A program made the position numbers and the translations under genes. The notes below the pieces were generated by a model that was not told where the DNA came from, made no database searches, and worked only from the letters and a program-made list of their open reading frames with translations. This document shows, in pieces, positions 39,355 to 47,584 of a DNA stretch of 64,000 nucleotides. Location of the stretch: assembly GCA_945901845.1 (NCBI GenBank), contig CAMDLR010000010.1:1143-65142 (forward strand), in the 5' to 3' direction. The stretch comes from Sediminibacterium ginsengisoli (GTDB taxonomy: Bacteria; Bacteroidota; Bacteroidia; Chitinophagales; Chitinophagaceae). Numbering within the stretch: the stretch's first letter is position 1; each line of letters begins with the position of its first letter.

Positions 39355-40071
39355 TTATTTGATCCAACCAAAATAAAAACTGAGTGGCATCAGTGCAAAT
39401 AATAAAGGCACAATAATGGCAAATCCAACGCCCACACTATTAATTAAACCACTAATTTTTTTGTTGTGGATACCAATGGTTTTAAAAGCACTTTGAAATC
39501 CGTGTAATAAGTGATACGCTAAAGATCCGCACGCTAATACATAGAGCGCAACGATAAGTGTATTACCTACAAATACGTTTTTCATTTCGGCATATAAGTT
39601 GTGGTGCATTACACCATTGTATTCTACTTCTGCAAGTGCTTGAACAGTTCCCATACCACCCAGTCTACTCGGCGTCCAAAAATGATAAATGTGCATCACT
39701 AAGAACATAAGTAGGAGTGTACCTAGTATCGCCATGCTTCTGCTATACCATTTGCTACCATCAGCGTATGCAACCGCATATCCTGTACTTCTTTTCTTTC
39801 TGTTTTCTAGCGTTAATAAATAACCCTGAAAAATGTGCAAGAAGAAACCAGCAAAAAGTCCAATTTCTAAAACTCTTGGAAGCACATTGTTACCCATAAA
39901 GTGAGCCGCTTTGTTAAACATTTGCCCCTGATCGGTTGGATCATAAGCAGCTGCCCAAATACAAGCATTAAGCCCCACATGCACAATTAAAAAGAGCACT
40001 AGAAATATTCCAGTAAAACCCATCACCAATTTTTTACCAACCGATGATGTAAAGACTTGTTTCCAGGTCAT
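39355..40071 (-). CDS. sdhC: succinate dehydrogenase cytochrome b subunit (b558 family)
   Basis: 238 aa with five TM helices carrying conserved His residues. It sits upstream of sdhA/sdhB in the Bacteroidota-type sdhCAB order. Confidence 0.8.
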   Translation of the reverse strand: MTWKQVFTSSVGKKLVMGFTGIFLVLFLIVHVGLNACIWAAAYDPTDQGQMFNKAAHFMGNNVLPRVLEIGLFAGFFLHIFQGYLLTLENRKKRSTGYAVAYADGSKWYSRSMAILGTLLLMFLVMHIYHFWTPSRLGGMGTVQALAEVEYNGVMHHNLYAEMKNVFVGNTLIVALYVLACGSLAYHLLHGFQSAFKTIGIHNKKISGLINSVGVGFAIIVPLLFALMPLSFYFGWIK

Positions 40072-40101
40072 AATGAACGTTTTGTGTTTTTAAAATCGGT
40101 G

Positions 40102-40109
40102 CAAAAATA
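40102..40109 (-). promoter_or_regulatory. Bacteroidota -7 promoter box TAttTTTG for sdhCAB
   Basis: Exact TAnnTTTG match on the minus strand about 30 nt upstream of the sdhC ATG. Confidence 0.45.
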
Positions 40110-40227
40110 GCACAGGAAACGATGCCTTTCTCTAATCGAGCAACTTTTTTCGCAGGACTAATGCACATCTTTAAACAGTATAATCGCCGTTTACATAAAA
40201 AGCGACCCCATTAACCGTTAAGAACTG

Positions 40228-40235
40228 TATTTTTG
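40228..40235 (+). promoter_or_regulatory. Bacteroidota -7 promoter box TAttTTTG
   Basis: Exact TAnnTTTG match. It ends 4 nt before the ATG at 40240. Confidence 0.45.
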
Positions 40236-40239
40236 ATCC

Positions 40240-41487
40240 ATGTTTAAGTTACTAGGAATATTATGGAATAGTTTCAGGATGGCCATCCAAGAGCTTAGGG
40301 TAAACAAGCTCAGAACATTCCTTTCTTTGTTTGGAATTACCATTGGTATTTTTTGCATCATTGGTGTATTAGCAACCGTAGACAGTTTAGAACGCAAAGT
40401 GCAAAACGATATTAAAGCTTTTGGTAACAACACCATCTACATAGATAAGTGGAGTTATGCGGGCGGACCTGATTATCCTTGGTGGAAATATATAAAGCGC
40501 CCAGTGCCAAAAATAGAAGAGATGCGTTTTGTAAAAGCAAAATGTGACCTTGCTGCTAATACTTCTTTTTTTTGTTCGTCTACTGTAAATGTTAGCTACC
40601 TAAATAGTATTTTAAGTGGGGTAAGTATTTATGGTATTACCGAAGATTTTAACAGCATTCAAACCTTGGATATCGCTGCTGGACGCTATTTGAACGAATC
40701 TGAATTTACAAGAGGTACGACATCTACAGTTATCGGAAATTTGGTGGCCGATGAATTATATGGTGGTGCGCAAAAAGCAGTAGGTAAACAAATTACTTAC
40801 AACGGAAAGCATTTATACATTGTTGGTGTCATTAAAAAGCAAGGCCAAAGTTTAATTGGCGGTTTTAATTTTGATGAGTGCATGATTACCTCTTACAGGT
40901 ATTTTTCAGGGGTGTACAATCCAGATAATTCCAGTCCATATATTATGGTGCAGGGTAAGCCGGGTGTTTCTTCTGCTGCACTCGCCGAAGAGTTACGTGG
41001 CGTGATGCGCCAGCTACGCAGATTAAGCCCTAGTACCGAAGACAATTTTTCTTGTAACGATGTGGCTCAGTTTAGTGAAGTAGTGGGTGGCTTTTTTGGC
41101 AAAGTAACCGCAGGTGGATGGGCAATTGCAGGCCTTAGTTTAATTGTGGGTGCTTTTGGAGTTGCTAATATTATGTTTGTGACCGTTCGTGAAAGAACCA
41201 GCCAAATTGGACTTAAAAAAGCCCTTGGCGCAAAACGCCGTACCATTTTAACTGAGTTTTTACTAGAAAGTGCCTTCTTATGTATTTTAGGTGGACTCTT
41301 TGGTTTGATACTTGTTTGGTTACTTGCAATGGGTCTAACTGCCGTATTGCCGTTCCCTATATTTATCGCACCTAATATTGTATTTTTAGCACTAAGCATT
41401 TGTATTATTTTGGGGATTGTATCGGGTATTATTCCAGCATCTATTGCTGCTAAAATGGATCCGGTGGTTGCCATTAGAACCAAATAA
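40240..41487 (+). CDS. ABC transporter permease, MacB/FtsX-like
   Basis: 415 aa. An N-terminal TM helix and a large periplasmic domain are followed by a C-terminal FtsX 3-TM bundle (RTSQIGLKKALGAKRRTI). Confidence 0.8.
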   Translation: MFKLLGILWNSFRMAIQELRVNKLRTFLSLFGITIGIFCIIGVLATVDSLERKVQNDIKAFGNNTIYIDKWSYAGGPDYPWWKYIKRPVPKIEEMRFVKAKCDLAANTSFFCSSTVNVSYLNSILSGVSIYGITEDFNSIQTLDIAAGRYLNESEFTRGTTSTVIGNLVADELYGGAQKAVGKQITYNGKHLYIVGVIKKQGQSLIGGFNFDECMITSYRYFSGVYNPDNSSPYIMVQGKPGVSSAALAEELRGVMRQLRRLSPSTEDNFSCNDVAQFSEVVGGFFGKVTAGGWAIAGLSLIVGAFGVANIMFVTVRERTSQIGLKKALGAKRRTILTEFLLESAFLCILGGLFGLILVWLLAMGLTAVLPFPIFIAPNIVFLALSICIILGIVSGIIPASIAAKMDPVVAIRTK

Positions 41488-41502
41488 ATAGAACGAGTAA
41501 AA

Positions 41503-42522
41503 ATGTCGGTAACCATTTTAGCCATCGAATCTTCTTGTGACGAAACATCTGCATCCGTATGTGTAGATGGTGCTATATTATCCAACTTTATTGCCAACCA
41601 AACCGTTCATGAAATCTATGGTGGCGTGGTGCCAGAACTTGCGAGTAGAGCACACATGCAAAATATTGTTCCCGTAGTTGATACGGCTTTACAAAAAGCA
41701 TTTCCAGAAATCGCGACTTCTGCAGAACGACTTCAAAAGCTTGATGCCATTGCGTTTACGCAGGCCCCTGGTTTAATTGGAAGCTTGTTAGTAGGTGCGC
41801 AGTTTGCAAAATCATTGGCACTTAGTTTGCAAAAACCACTCATTGCTGTGCATCACATGCAGGCGCATGTGCTGGCTAATTTAATTCCAGAGCATCGCCC
41901 TAGTTTTCCATTTTTATGTTTAACAGTGAGTGGTGGTCACACACAAATTGTACTTGCTAATAGCCCAACCAATCTCAAAATTATTGGTGAAACAATCGAT
42001 GACGCAGCAGGTGAAGCTTTTGATAAATCAGCAAAATTATTAGGACTTCCATACCCAGGTGGCCCATTAATTGATAAGTATGCTAAATCCGGAAATCCGC
42101 TCGCTTTTAAATTTGCAGAACCGCAAATTCCGGCACTCAATTTTAGTTTTAGCGGATTAAAAACCTCCATCTTGTATTTTTTACAAAAGCAGGAGCCTGG
42201 TTTTATTGAAGCCAATAGAGACGACTTGTGCGCCTCGGTGCAGCATGCAATTGTTACCATTTTAATTAAAAAGCTTCAAAAAGCGGTGGTGCAAACCGGC
42301 GTTAAACAGGTATGTATTGCAGGTGGGGTGAGCGCTAATAGTGGCCTACGAAACGCACTAATGGAGGCGGGTAAAAAGTATAAATGGGCGCCTTTTGTGC
42401 CTCCATTCGAATATTGCACAGACAACGCCGGTATGATTGCTATAACGGCTTATTATCAGTATTTAGCGGGCCAGTTTACAAGTTTGGACGCGAGCCCTAG
42501 TGCGCGGGCTGTTTGGGCGTAA
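41503..42522 (+). CDS. tsaD: tRNA N6-adenosine threonylcarbamoyltransferase
   Basis: 339 aa with ILAIESSCDETS, HHM.AH, SGGHT and GGV.AN motifs. Confidence 0.9.
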   Translation: MSVTILAIESSCDETSASVCVDGAILSNFIANQTVHEIYGGVVPELASRAHMQNIVPVVDTALQKAFPEIATSAERLQKLDAIAFTQAPGLIGSLLVGAQFAKSLALSLQKPLIAVHHMQAHVLANLIPEHRPSFPFLCLTVSGGHTQIVLANSPTNLKIIGETIDDAAGEAFDKSAKLLGLPYPGGPLIDKYAKSGNPLAFKFAEPQIPALNFSFSGLKTSILYFLQKQEPGFIEANRDDLCASVQHAIVTILIKKLQKAVVQTGVKQVCIAGGVSANSGLRNALMEAGKKYKWAPFVPPFEYCTDNAGMIAITAYYQYLAGQFTSLDASPSARAVWA

Positions 42523-42578
42523 GCTGCCTCTAGTTCATTTACCCATTTATTTTAGCGGTTTTATTGCAGCATTAATTG

Positions 42579-42586
42579 TAATTTTG
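42579..42586 (+). promoter_or_regulatory. Bacteroidota -7 promoter box TAatTTTG
   Basis: Exact TAnnTTTG match 24 nt upstream of the ATG at 42611. This supports the shorter ABC-F start. Confidence 0.4.
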
Positions 42587-42610
42587 CGGCCTCAAACCCT
42601 GATTCATCTT

Positions 42611-44236
42611 ATGATTAGTGCTAGAAATATTACCCTCGCTTATGGTAAGCGTGTACTCTTTGACGAAGTAAATATCAATTTCATCAAAGGGAATTGTTAT
42701 GGCGTTATTGGTGCCAATGGTGCCGGTAAGTCTACGTTTTTAAAAATCCTTAGTGGAGAAATTGAACCCAATAAAGGAACCGTAGATATTTCGCCAGGTG
42801 AGCGTATGAGCTTTCTAAAGCAAAACCAATTTGAATTTGATACCTGTACGGTTTTAAATACCGTACTCATGGGCCACAAAAAAATGTGGGAAGTGATGCA
42901 CGAGCGTGAAGCAATTTATGCCAAAGCAGATTTTTCTGAAGAAGATGGTTTACGTGCCGGAGAATTAGAAGGAGAGTTTGGCGAAATGGGTGGCTACACT
43001 GCAGAAAGTGATGCTGCAACATTATTAAGTAGCCTTGGTATCAAAGATGATATGCATGCGAGTGCTATGCAAGATATTCCGTCAAATATGAAAGTGCGTG
43101 TGTTATTGGCACAAGCATTATTTGGTAACCCGGATATCTTATTACTTGATGAACCTACCAACGGTCTAGATATTGAAACCATTGGTTGGTTAGAAAACTT
43201 TTTAGCAGAATACGAAAACATTGTACTGGTTGTAAGTCACGACAGACACTTCTTAGACACCGTGTGTACGCACGTTGCAGACGTTGATCGTTCAAAAATT
43301 AAAACCTTTACGGGCAACTATACTTTCTGGTATGAGTCTTCTCAATTGATGAGCAGACAAATGAATGATAAGAATAAAAAAGTAGAAGATAAGCGTCAAG
43401 CGCTTATCGATTTCATTGCCCGATTCTCTGCCAATGCTTCTAAAAGTAAGCAAGCAACTTCTAGAAAAAAGGCGTTGGAAAAATTAACCATCGAAGAAAT
43501 TGAACCGTCTAACCGTAAATATCCAGGTATCATTTTCCAACCACTTAGAGAGGTAGGAAATCAGATTTTGAACGTGGAGAATTTGAAAAAAACAGTGGAT
43601 GGAAGAACCCTGTTTGATAAAGTAACTTTTAGCGTTAACAAAAACGAGAAGATTGCTTTTATAAGTAAAGATCCATCTGCGGTAACCCATTTCTTTGATG
43701 CCATCAACGAAATCACGGTTGCGGATGCAGGTAAATTTGAGTGGGGTACCACCATCACCAAAGCATATTTACCCGTAGAAAATGGGGAATTTTTTACGGA
43801 AGGCCTTACCCTTATGGACTGGTTGAGACAATATGTTCCTGCGCACGTAACAGACGCCGACGAACCTTTTATTAGAGGATTTTTAGGTAAAATGTTGTTT
43901 AGCGGAGACGACATTATGAAAAAAACCAATGTACTAAGTGGTGGAGAAAAAGTACGTTGTATGGTTAGCCGTATGATGCTACAAAATCCCAATCTTGTAA
44001 TACTCGATCAGCCTACCAACCACCTAGACCTAGAAAGTATCCAAAGTTTCAACGAAGGATGTATGACTTTTCCGGGTGTAGTGCTCTTAACATCTCATGA
44101 TCATACGTTTATGCAAACCGTGGCAACACGTATTATTGAGTTAACGCCAAAGGGCATCATTGATCGTTTAATGACTTTTGATGAGTATATGGAAGACGGT
44201 CGTGTGCAAGAATTGAGGGCAGAGATGTATAGCTAA
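42611..44236 (+). CDS. ABC-F family ATPase (two nucleotide-binding domains, no TM domain)
   Basis: Walker A GANGAGKST, signature and Walker B LLLDEPTNGLD, then a second NBD with LSGGEKVR and LDQPTNHLD. Start set at MISARNITLAYG. The 37-codon upstream extension in the ORF track overlaps tsaD and the promoter box. Confidence 0.85.
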   Translation: MISARNITLAYGKRVLFDEVNINFIKGNCYGVIGANGAGKSTFLKILSGEIEPNKGTVDISPGERMSFLKQNQFEFDTCTVLNTVLMGHKKMWEVMHEREAIYAKADFSEEDGLRAGELEGEFGEMGGYTAESDAATLLSSLGIKDDMHASAMQDIPSNMKVRVLLAQALFGNPDILLLDEPTNGLDIETIGWLENFLAEYENIVLVVSHDRHFLDTVCTHVADVDRSKIKTFTGNYTFWYESSQLMSRQMNDKNKKVEDKRQALIDFIARFSANASKSKQATSRKKALEKLTIEEIEPSNRKYPGIIFQPLREVGNQILNVENLKKTVDGRTLFDKVTFSVNKNEKIAFISKDPSAVTHFFDAINEITVADAGKFEWGTTITKAYLPVENGEFFTEGLTLMDWLRQYVPAHVTDADEPFIRGFLGKMLFSGDDIMKKTNVLSGGEKVRCMVSRMMLQNPNLVILDQPTNHLDLESIQSFNEGCMTFPGVVLLTSHDHTFMQTVATRIIELTPKGIIDRLMTFDEYMEDGRVQELRAEMYS

Positions 44237-44332
44237 GTTACTGAAAATGAATCAAATAGCGCATAAATAATCCGCAACAGATAAATAATTTAAAAAAAGG
44301 GATTTTCGTATTGGTAATTTGAAGCATTTCCT

Positions 44333-44340
44333 TACCTTTG
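44333..44340 (+). promoter_or_regulatory. Bacteroidota -7 promoter box TAccTTTG
   Basis: Exact TAnnTTTG match 22 nt upstream of the rpmB ATG. Confidence 0.45.
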
Positions 44341-44362
44341 CCGTCCCGAAAAAAATAGAGTC

Positions 44363-44599
44363 ATGGCAAGAGTATGTCAAGTTACAGGTAAAAAACCGAT
44401 TGTTGGAAATAGTGTTTCACACTCTAACATCAAAACAAAGCGTCGTTTCTTACCTAATTTACAGAAAAAGCGTTTCTTTTTTGCTGAAGAAGACCGTTGG
44501 GTTTACCTAAAGGTTTCAACTGATGCACTTAGAACGATTAATAAAAATGGTTTAGCTTCCGTAATCAAAGAATTGAGATTAAAAGGAACAAAAATCTAA
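44363..44599 (+). CDS. rpmB: 50S ribosomal protein L28
   Basis: 78 aa. [30 protein letters not shown] is the conserved L28 N-terminus. Confidence 0.95.
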   Translation: MARVCQVTGKKPIVGNSVSHSNIKTKRRFLPNLQKKRFFFAEEDRWVYLKVSTDALRTINKNGLASVIKELRLKGTKI

Positions 44600-44629
44600 T
44601 TTACAATAACAAAGTAAACGACCAATACA

Positions 44630-44812
44630 ATGGCAAGAAAAGGCAATAGAGTACAGGTTATTTTGGAGTGCACAGAGCACAAGGCCACTGGTCTTGCTGG
44701 TACAAGCCGTTATATCACTGTAAAAAACAAGAAGAATACGCCAGAGCGTATGGAGTTAAAGAAGTTTAACCCAATCATGAAAAAAGTAACTGTTCATAAA
44801 GAAATTAAATAG
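44630..44812 (+). CDS. rpmG: 50S ribosomal protein L33
   Basis: 60 aa. The pattern [17 protein letters not shown]...[19 protein letters not shown] matches L33. Confidence 0.95.
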   Translation: MARKGNRVQVILECTEHKATGLAGTSRYITVKNKKNTPERMELKKFNPIMKKVTVHKEIK

Positions 44813-44814
44813 TA

Positions 44815-44988
44815 ATGGCAAAATCTGCATCGAAAAACGCGAAAGTAAAAGATCTTAAGGCTTCTGCAGAAGCTAAAAACTGGACCAAAGTGATCAAGGC
44901 TGTTAGAAGCCCTAAATCTGGCGCCTATACTTTTAAAGAAAATATCATTCACAAAGACAAAGTGAACGATTTCTTAAAAGAGAAATAG
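44815..44988 (+). CDS. DUF4295-like small basic protein (57 aa)
   Basis: My own translation is MAKSASKNAKVKDLKASAEAKNWTKVIKAVRSPKSGAYTFKENIIHKDKVNDFLKEK. It falls below the ORF-track length cut-off. The ATG lies 2 nt after the rpmG stop, a position that I recall (not checked here) is occupied by DUF4295 genes in Bacteroidota. Confidence 0.65.
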   Translation: MAKSASKNAKVKDLKASAEAKNWTKVIKAVRSPKSGAYTFKENIIHKDKVNDFLKEK

Positions 44989-45011
44989 TTTCAGTACTTA
45001 AACTTATTCAT

Positions 45012-45041
45012 AAAGCTTTCTCCTCATCGGGAAGGCTTTTT
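45012..45041 (+). terminator. probable rho-independent terminator after rpmB-rpmG-DUF4295
   Basis: An imperfect stem AAAGCTTTCTCC / GGGAAGGCTTT with loop TCATC runs into TTTTTG. Confidence 0.5.
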
Positions 45042-45067
45042 GTATTTTTACACCTCAAATTAGTACT

Positions 45068-46036
45068 ATGGGATTTTTAGGAAAGCTGTTTGGTATCAAA
45101 GAAAAGGAGCGTTTAGACCAGGGTTTACAACAAACCAAGGAGGGCTTTTTTGCTAAAATCACCAAAGCCATCGCCGGTAAAAGTACCGTTGATGACGAAG
45201 TGCTAGATAACCTCGAGGAAGCGCTTATTGGTGCCGATGTGGGTATGGAAACTACCTTGCAAATTATTGAACGCGTAGAAAAAAGAGTAAAGCAAGATAA
45301 ATACTTGAATACAATTGAGTTGAATGCTTTACTTCAACAAGAAATTGAATCAATACTCGTAGATGCTCCTGAGCCTGAATACAAAGACTTTACCATTCCA
45401 GCAGGTAAAAAGCCCTATGTTATTTTAGTGGTGGGCGTTAATGGCGTGGGTAAAACCACTACCATTGGTAAACTAGCCAACAACTATAAAAAGGCAGGTA
45501 ACCAGGTTGTACTGGGTGCCGCAGATACCTTTAGAGCAGCAGCCACCGAGCAGCTAACCATTTGGAGTGAACGCGTGGGTGTGTCCATTGTTAAGCAAAC
45601 CATGGGAGCCGATCCAAGCGCGGTCGCTTTTGATACCGTAACTAGCGCTGTGTCTAAAAATGCCGACGTGGTTATTATTGATACCGCCGGGCGTTTACAC
45701 AACAAGTTACACCTAATGGATGAGCTGGGTAAAATTAAGCGGGTGATTCAAAAGGTAATACCAGGTGCTCCACACGAAGTAATGCTTGTATTAGATGGTT
45801 CTACTGGTCAAAATGCCCTCGAGCAAGCCAAGCAATTTACAGCTACCACCGAAGTGACGGCTTTGTCCATTACCAAACTAGATGGCACCGCAAAAGGCGG
45901 CGTAGTGCTAGCCATTGCTAGCCAGTTTAAAATTCCGGTAAAATATATTGGGGTAGGCGAAAAAATAGATGACCTGATCATTTTTGACAAGCACGAATTT
46001 GTTGACAGCCTATTTAAAGGTGTAACGAACAGCTAA
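45068..46036 (+). CDS. ftsY: signal recognition particle receptor FtsY
   Basis: 322 aa NG domain with GVNGVGKTTT, DTAGR, TKLDGTAKGG and GVGEK..DL. Confidence 0.95.
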   Translation: MGFLGKLFGIKEKERLDQGLQQTKEGFFAKITKAIAGKSTVDDEVLDNLEEALIGADVGMETTLQIIERVEKRVKQDKYLNTIELNALLQQEIESILVDAPEPEYKDFTIPAGKKPYVILVVGVNGVGKTTTIGKLANNYKKAGNQVVLGAADTFRAAATEQLTIWSERVGVSIVKQTMGADPSAVAFDTVTSAVSKNADVVIIDTAGRLHNKLHLMDELGKIKRVIQKVIPGAPHEVMLVLDGSTGQNALEQAKQFTATTEVTALSITKLDGTAKGGVVLAIASQFKIPVKYIGVGEKIDDLIIFDKHEFVDSLFKGVTNS

Positions 46037-46486
46037 TCCACCCCAACCTCCTTCAAAATAGGTATGTCCCACTAGGTTAAATGAGGGCTGCCAGTCAAAA
46101 CTAATGGCTAGGGGCGCGTTTGGTATTTTATAGTCTAAACCAATTACGCCGTCCACACCAATTGCAAAAACAGCCGTGCTAGGCGGGTTTCTAAGCCTCC
46201 AACTACTATTCCAAAGGCCAAAGTGGCCACCACCACCCACGTACCACTCAAGACCCTCTGCGTTTGGTACAGGCATGTGTTTTTCATATAAACCCGTTAA
46301 TCTAAAGCCGTCTTCGTTAAAATAAGCTAGTAATTCCTTGGCTACAGACTCCGTCATATACTGTTTATAGGTAATGGCGCCTGGGTATACTTTAACACCA
46401 ATAGATTGAAGAATGGGTTTAGTAGATTGAGCCCCCGCGTAAAAGGCAGCAACAAATAATAAAGCGGTAAAAAGTAGTTTTTTCAT
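46010..46486 (-). CDS. hypothetical small outer-membrane beta-barrel-like protein
   Basis: 158 aa with a signal peptide (AGAQS), alternating beta-strand-like pattern, Gly/aromatic-rich composition and a C-terminal ..RYTFK. Its 3' end overlaps the ftsY 3' end by 27 nt. Confidence 0.5.
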   Translation of the reverse strand: MKKLLFTALLFVAAFYAGAQSTKPILQSIGVKVYPGAITYKQYMTESVAKELLAYFNEDGFRLTGLYEKHMPVPNAEGLEWYVGGGGHFGLWNSSWRLRNPPSTAVFAIGVDGVIGLDYKIPNAPLAISFDWQPSFNLVGHTYFEGGWGGLAVRYTFK

Positions 46487-46566
46487 AAATGGGGGTTTGA
46501 AAATACCCTACAAAAATAAATATGAATTACTGAAAGAATAGTTAAGGTTGCTCTTTAATAATTATT

Positions 46567-46574
46567 TAGGTTTG
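46567..46574 (+). promoter_or_regulatory. Bacteroidota -7 promoter box TAggTTTG
   Basis: Exact TAnnTTTG match. It ends 4 nt before the ATG at 46579. Confidence 0.45.
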
Positions 46575-46578
46575 TAGT

Positions 46579-47544
46579 ATGCATGATTTTAAAGAATTGG
46601 TGGCCGAATTTGGAACCCGTTTTGGGGTAGCTCAATTTCCGGCAACCCCTGCAAGCCTGTATGAACCTGGCGAATATTTTTTAAGTATTGGCGGTAAAAG
46701 AATTAGACCCATTTTATGTGTGCTAGGTAATGAGCTTTTTAGTGAGATCACCGAAGACGCTTGGTCCCTTGCCACAGCTATTGAGCTATTTCACAATTTT
46801 ACCCTTATTCATGATGATATGATGGACGCTGCTTCGTTAAGGCGTGGCATGCAAACAGTGCATACAAAATATGGTGATAACACAGCACTCTTAACAGGCG
46901 ATGTAATGCTCATTAGAGCCTACGAAAAATTACAAACCATCAACCCTGTGTATTTACCAAAAATATTGAGCCTCTTTAATACAACGGCTAGGGAAGTTTG
47001 CGAAGGTCAGCAACTGGATATGGATTTCGAAAAAATGCCCTCAGTTACACTTGACGCATACATACATATGATTACCCTTAAAACGTCGGTGCTACTTGCG
47101 GCTAGTTTAGAAATGGGGGCGATACTAGGTGGCGCCACACCAAACAACTGCAAACACTTATATGAATTTGGAAAAAACCTGGGTATTGCTTTTCAAATTC
47201 AAGACGATTATTTAGACGCTTTTGGCGATCCTGAAAAATTTGGTAAAGAAGTAGGCGGCGATATTAGACAAAATAAAAAAACATTTTTACTACTGCATGC
47301 ATTAGAAGTGGCAACACCTGATCAGCGCGCCAAGCTTGATATATTACTTGCCAGTAATGGTCAGGATAAAGTACCACAGGTGCTGGAACTATTTAAAGCA
47401 TGTAATGTAGATGCCTGGGCTATCGAACTCAAAGAAAAATATTTACAAATTGCTTTGGCTAATTTAGAAGATATTGCTGTTACCAGTAGTCGAAAGTCAG
47501 CACTGTTAGCACTTGCCAATTATTTAATACAACGGGAAAATTAA
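46579..47544 (+). CDS. polyprenyl diphosphate synthase (trans-isoprenyl diphosphate synthase family)
   Basis: 321 aa with the first Asp-rich motif LIHDDMMD and the second QIQDDYLD. Product chain length cannot be determined from sequence alone. Confidence 0.85.
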   Translation: MHDFKELVAEFGTRFGVAQFPATPASLYEPGEYFLSIGGKRIRPILCVLGNELFSEITEDAWSLATAIELFHNFTLIHDDMMDAASLRRGMQTVHTKYGDNTALLTGDVMLIRAYEKLQTINPVYLPKILSLFNTTAREVCEGQQLDMDFEKMPSVTLDAYIHMITLKTSVLLAASLEMGAILGGATPNNCKHLYEFGKNLGIAFQIQDDYLDAFGDPEKFGKEVGGDIRQNKKTFLLLHALEVATPDQRAKLDILLASNGQDKVPQVLELFKACNVDAWAIELKEKYLQIALANLEDIAVTSSRKSALLALANYLIQREN

Positions 47545-47584
47545 TTTTACATTTTATTCGAATACTAAACGCAATTATTAGCGC

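Noticed and set aside
41067-41597. 176-aa minus-strand ORF spanning the permease/tsaD junction
   Set aside because: It is antisense to two well-supported genes and crosses their intergenic spacer. No motifs.
42500-42610. 37-codon N-terminal extension of the ABC-F ORF
   Set aside because: It overlaps the tsaD 3' end and contains an exact TAatTTTG promoter box at 42579-86. ABC-F proteins normally begin right at the first NBD (MISARNITLAYG), so the start was moved to 42611.
43561-43992. 143-aa minus-strand ORF inside the ABC-F gene (also 42697-42879, 42994-43221 and 43484-43690)
   Set aside because: These are shadow ORFs antisense to a CDS with two complete ABC nucleotide-binding domains.
44319-44510. 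63-aa plus-strand ORF overlapping rpmB in another frame
   Set aside because: It begins inside the rpmB promoter/5' region and overlaps the unmistakable L28 frame. No motifs.
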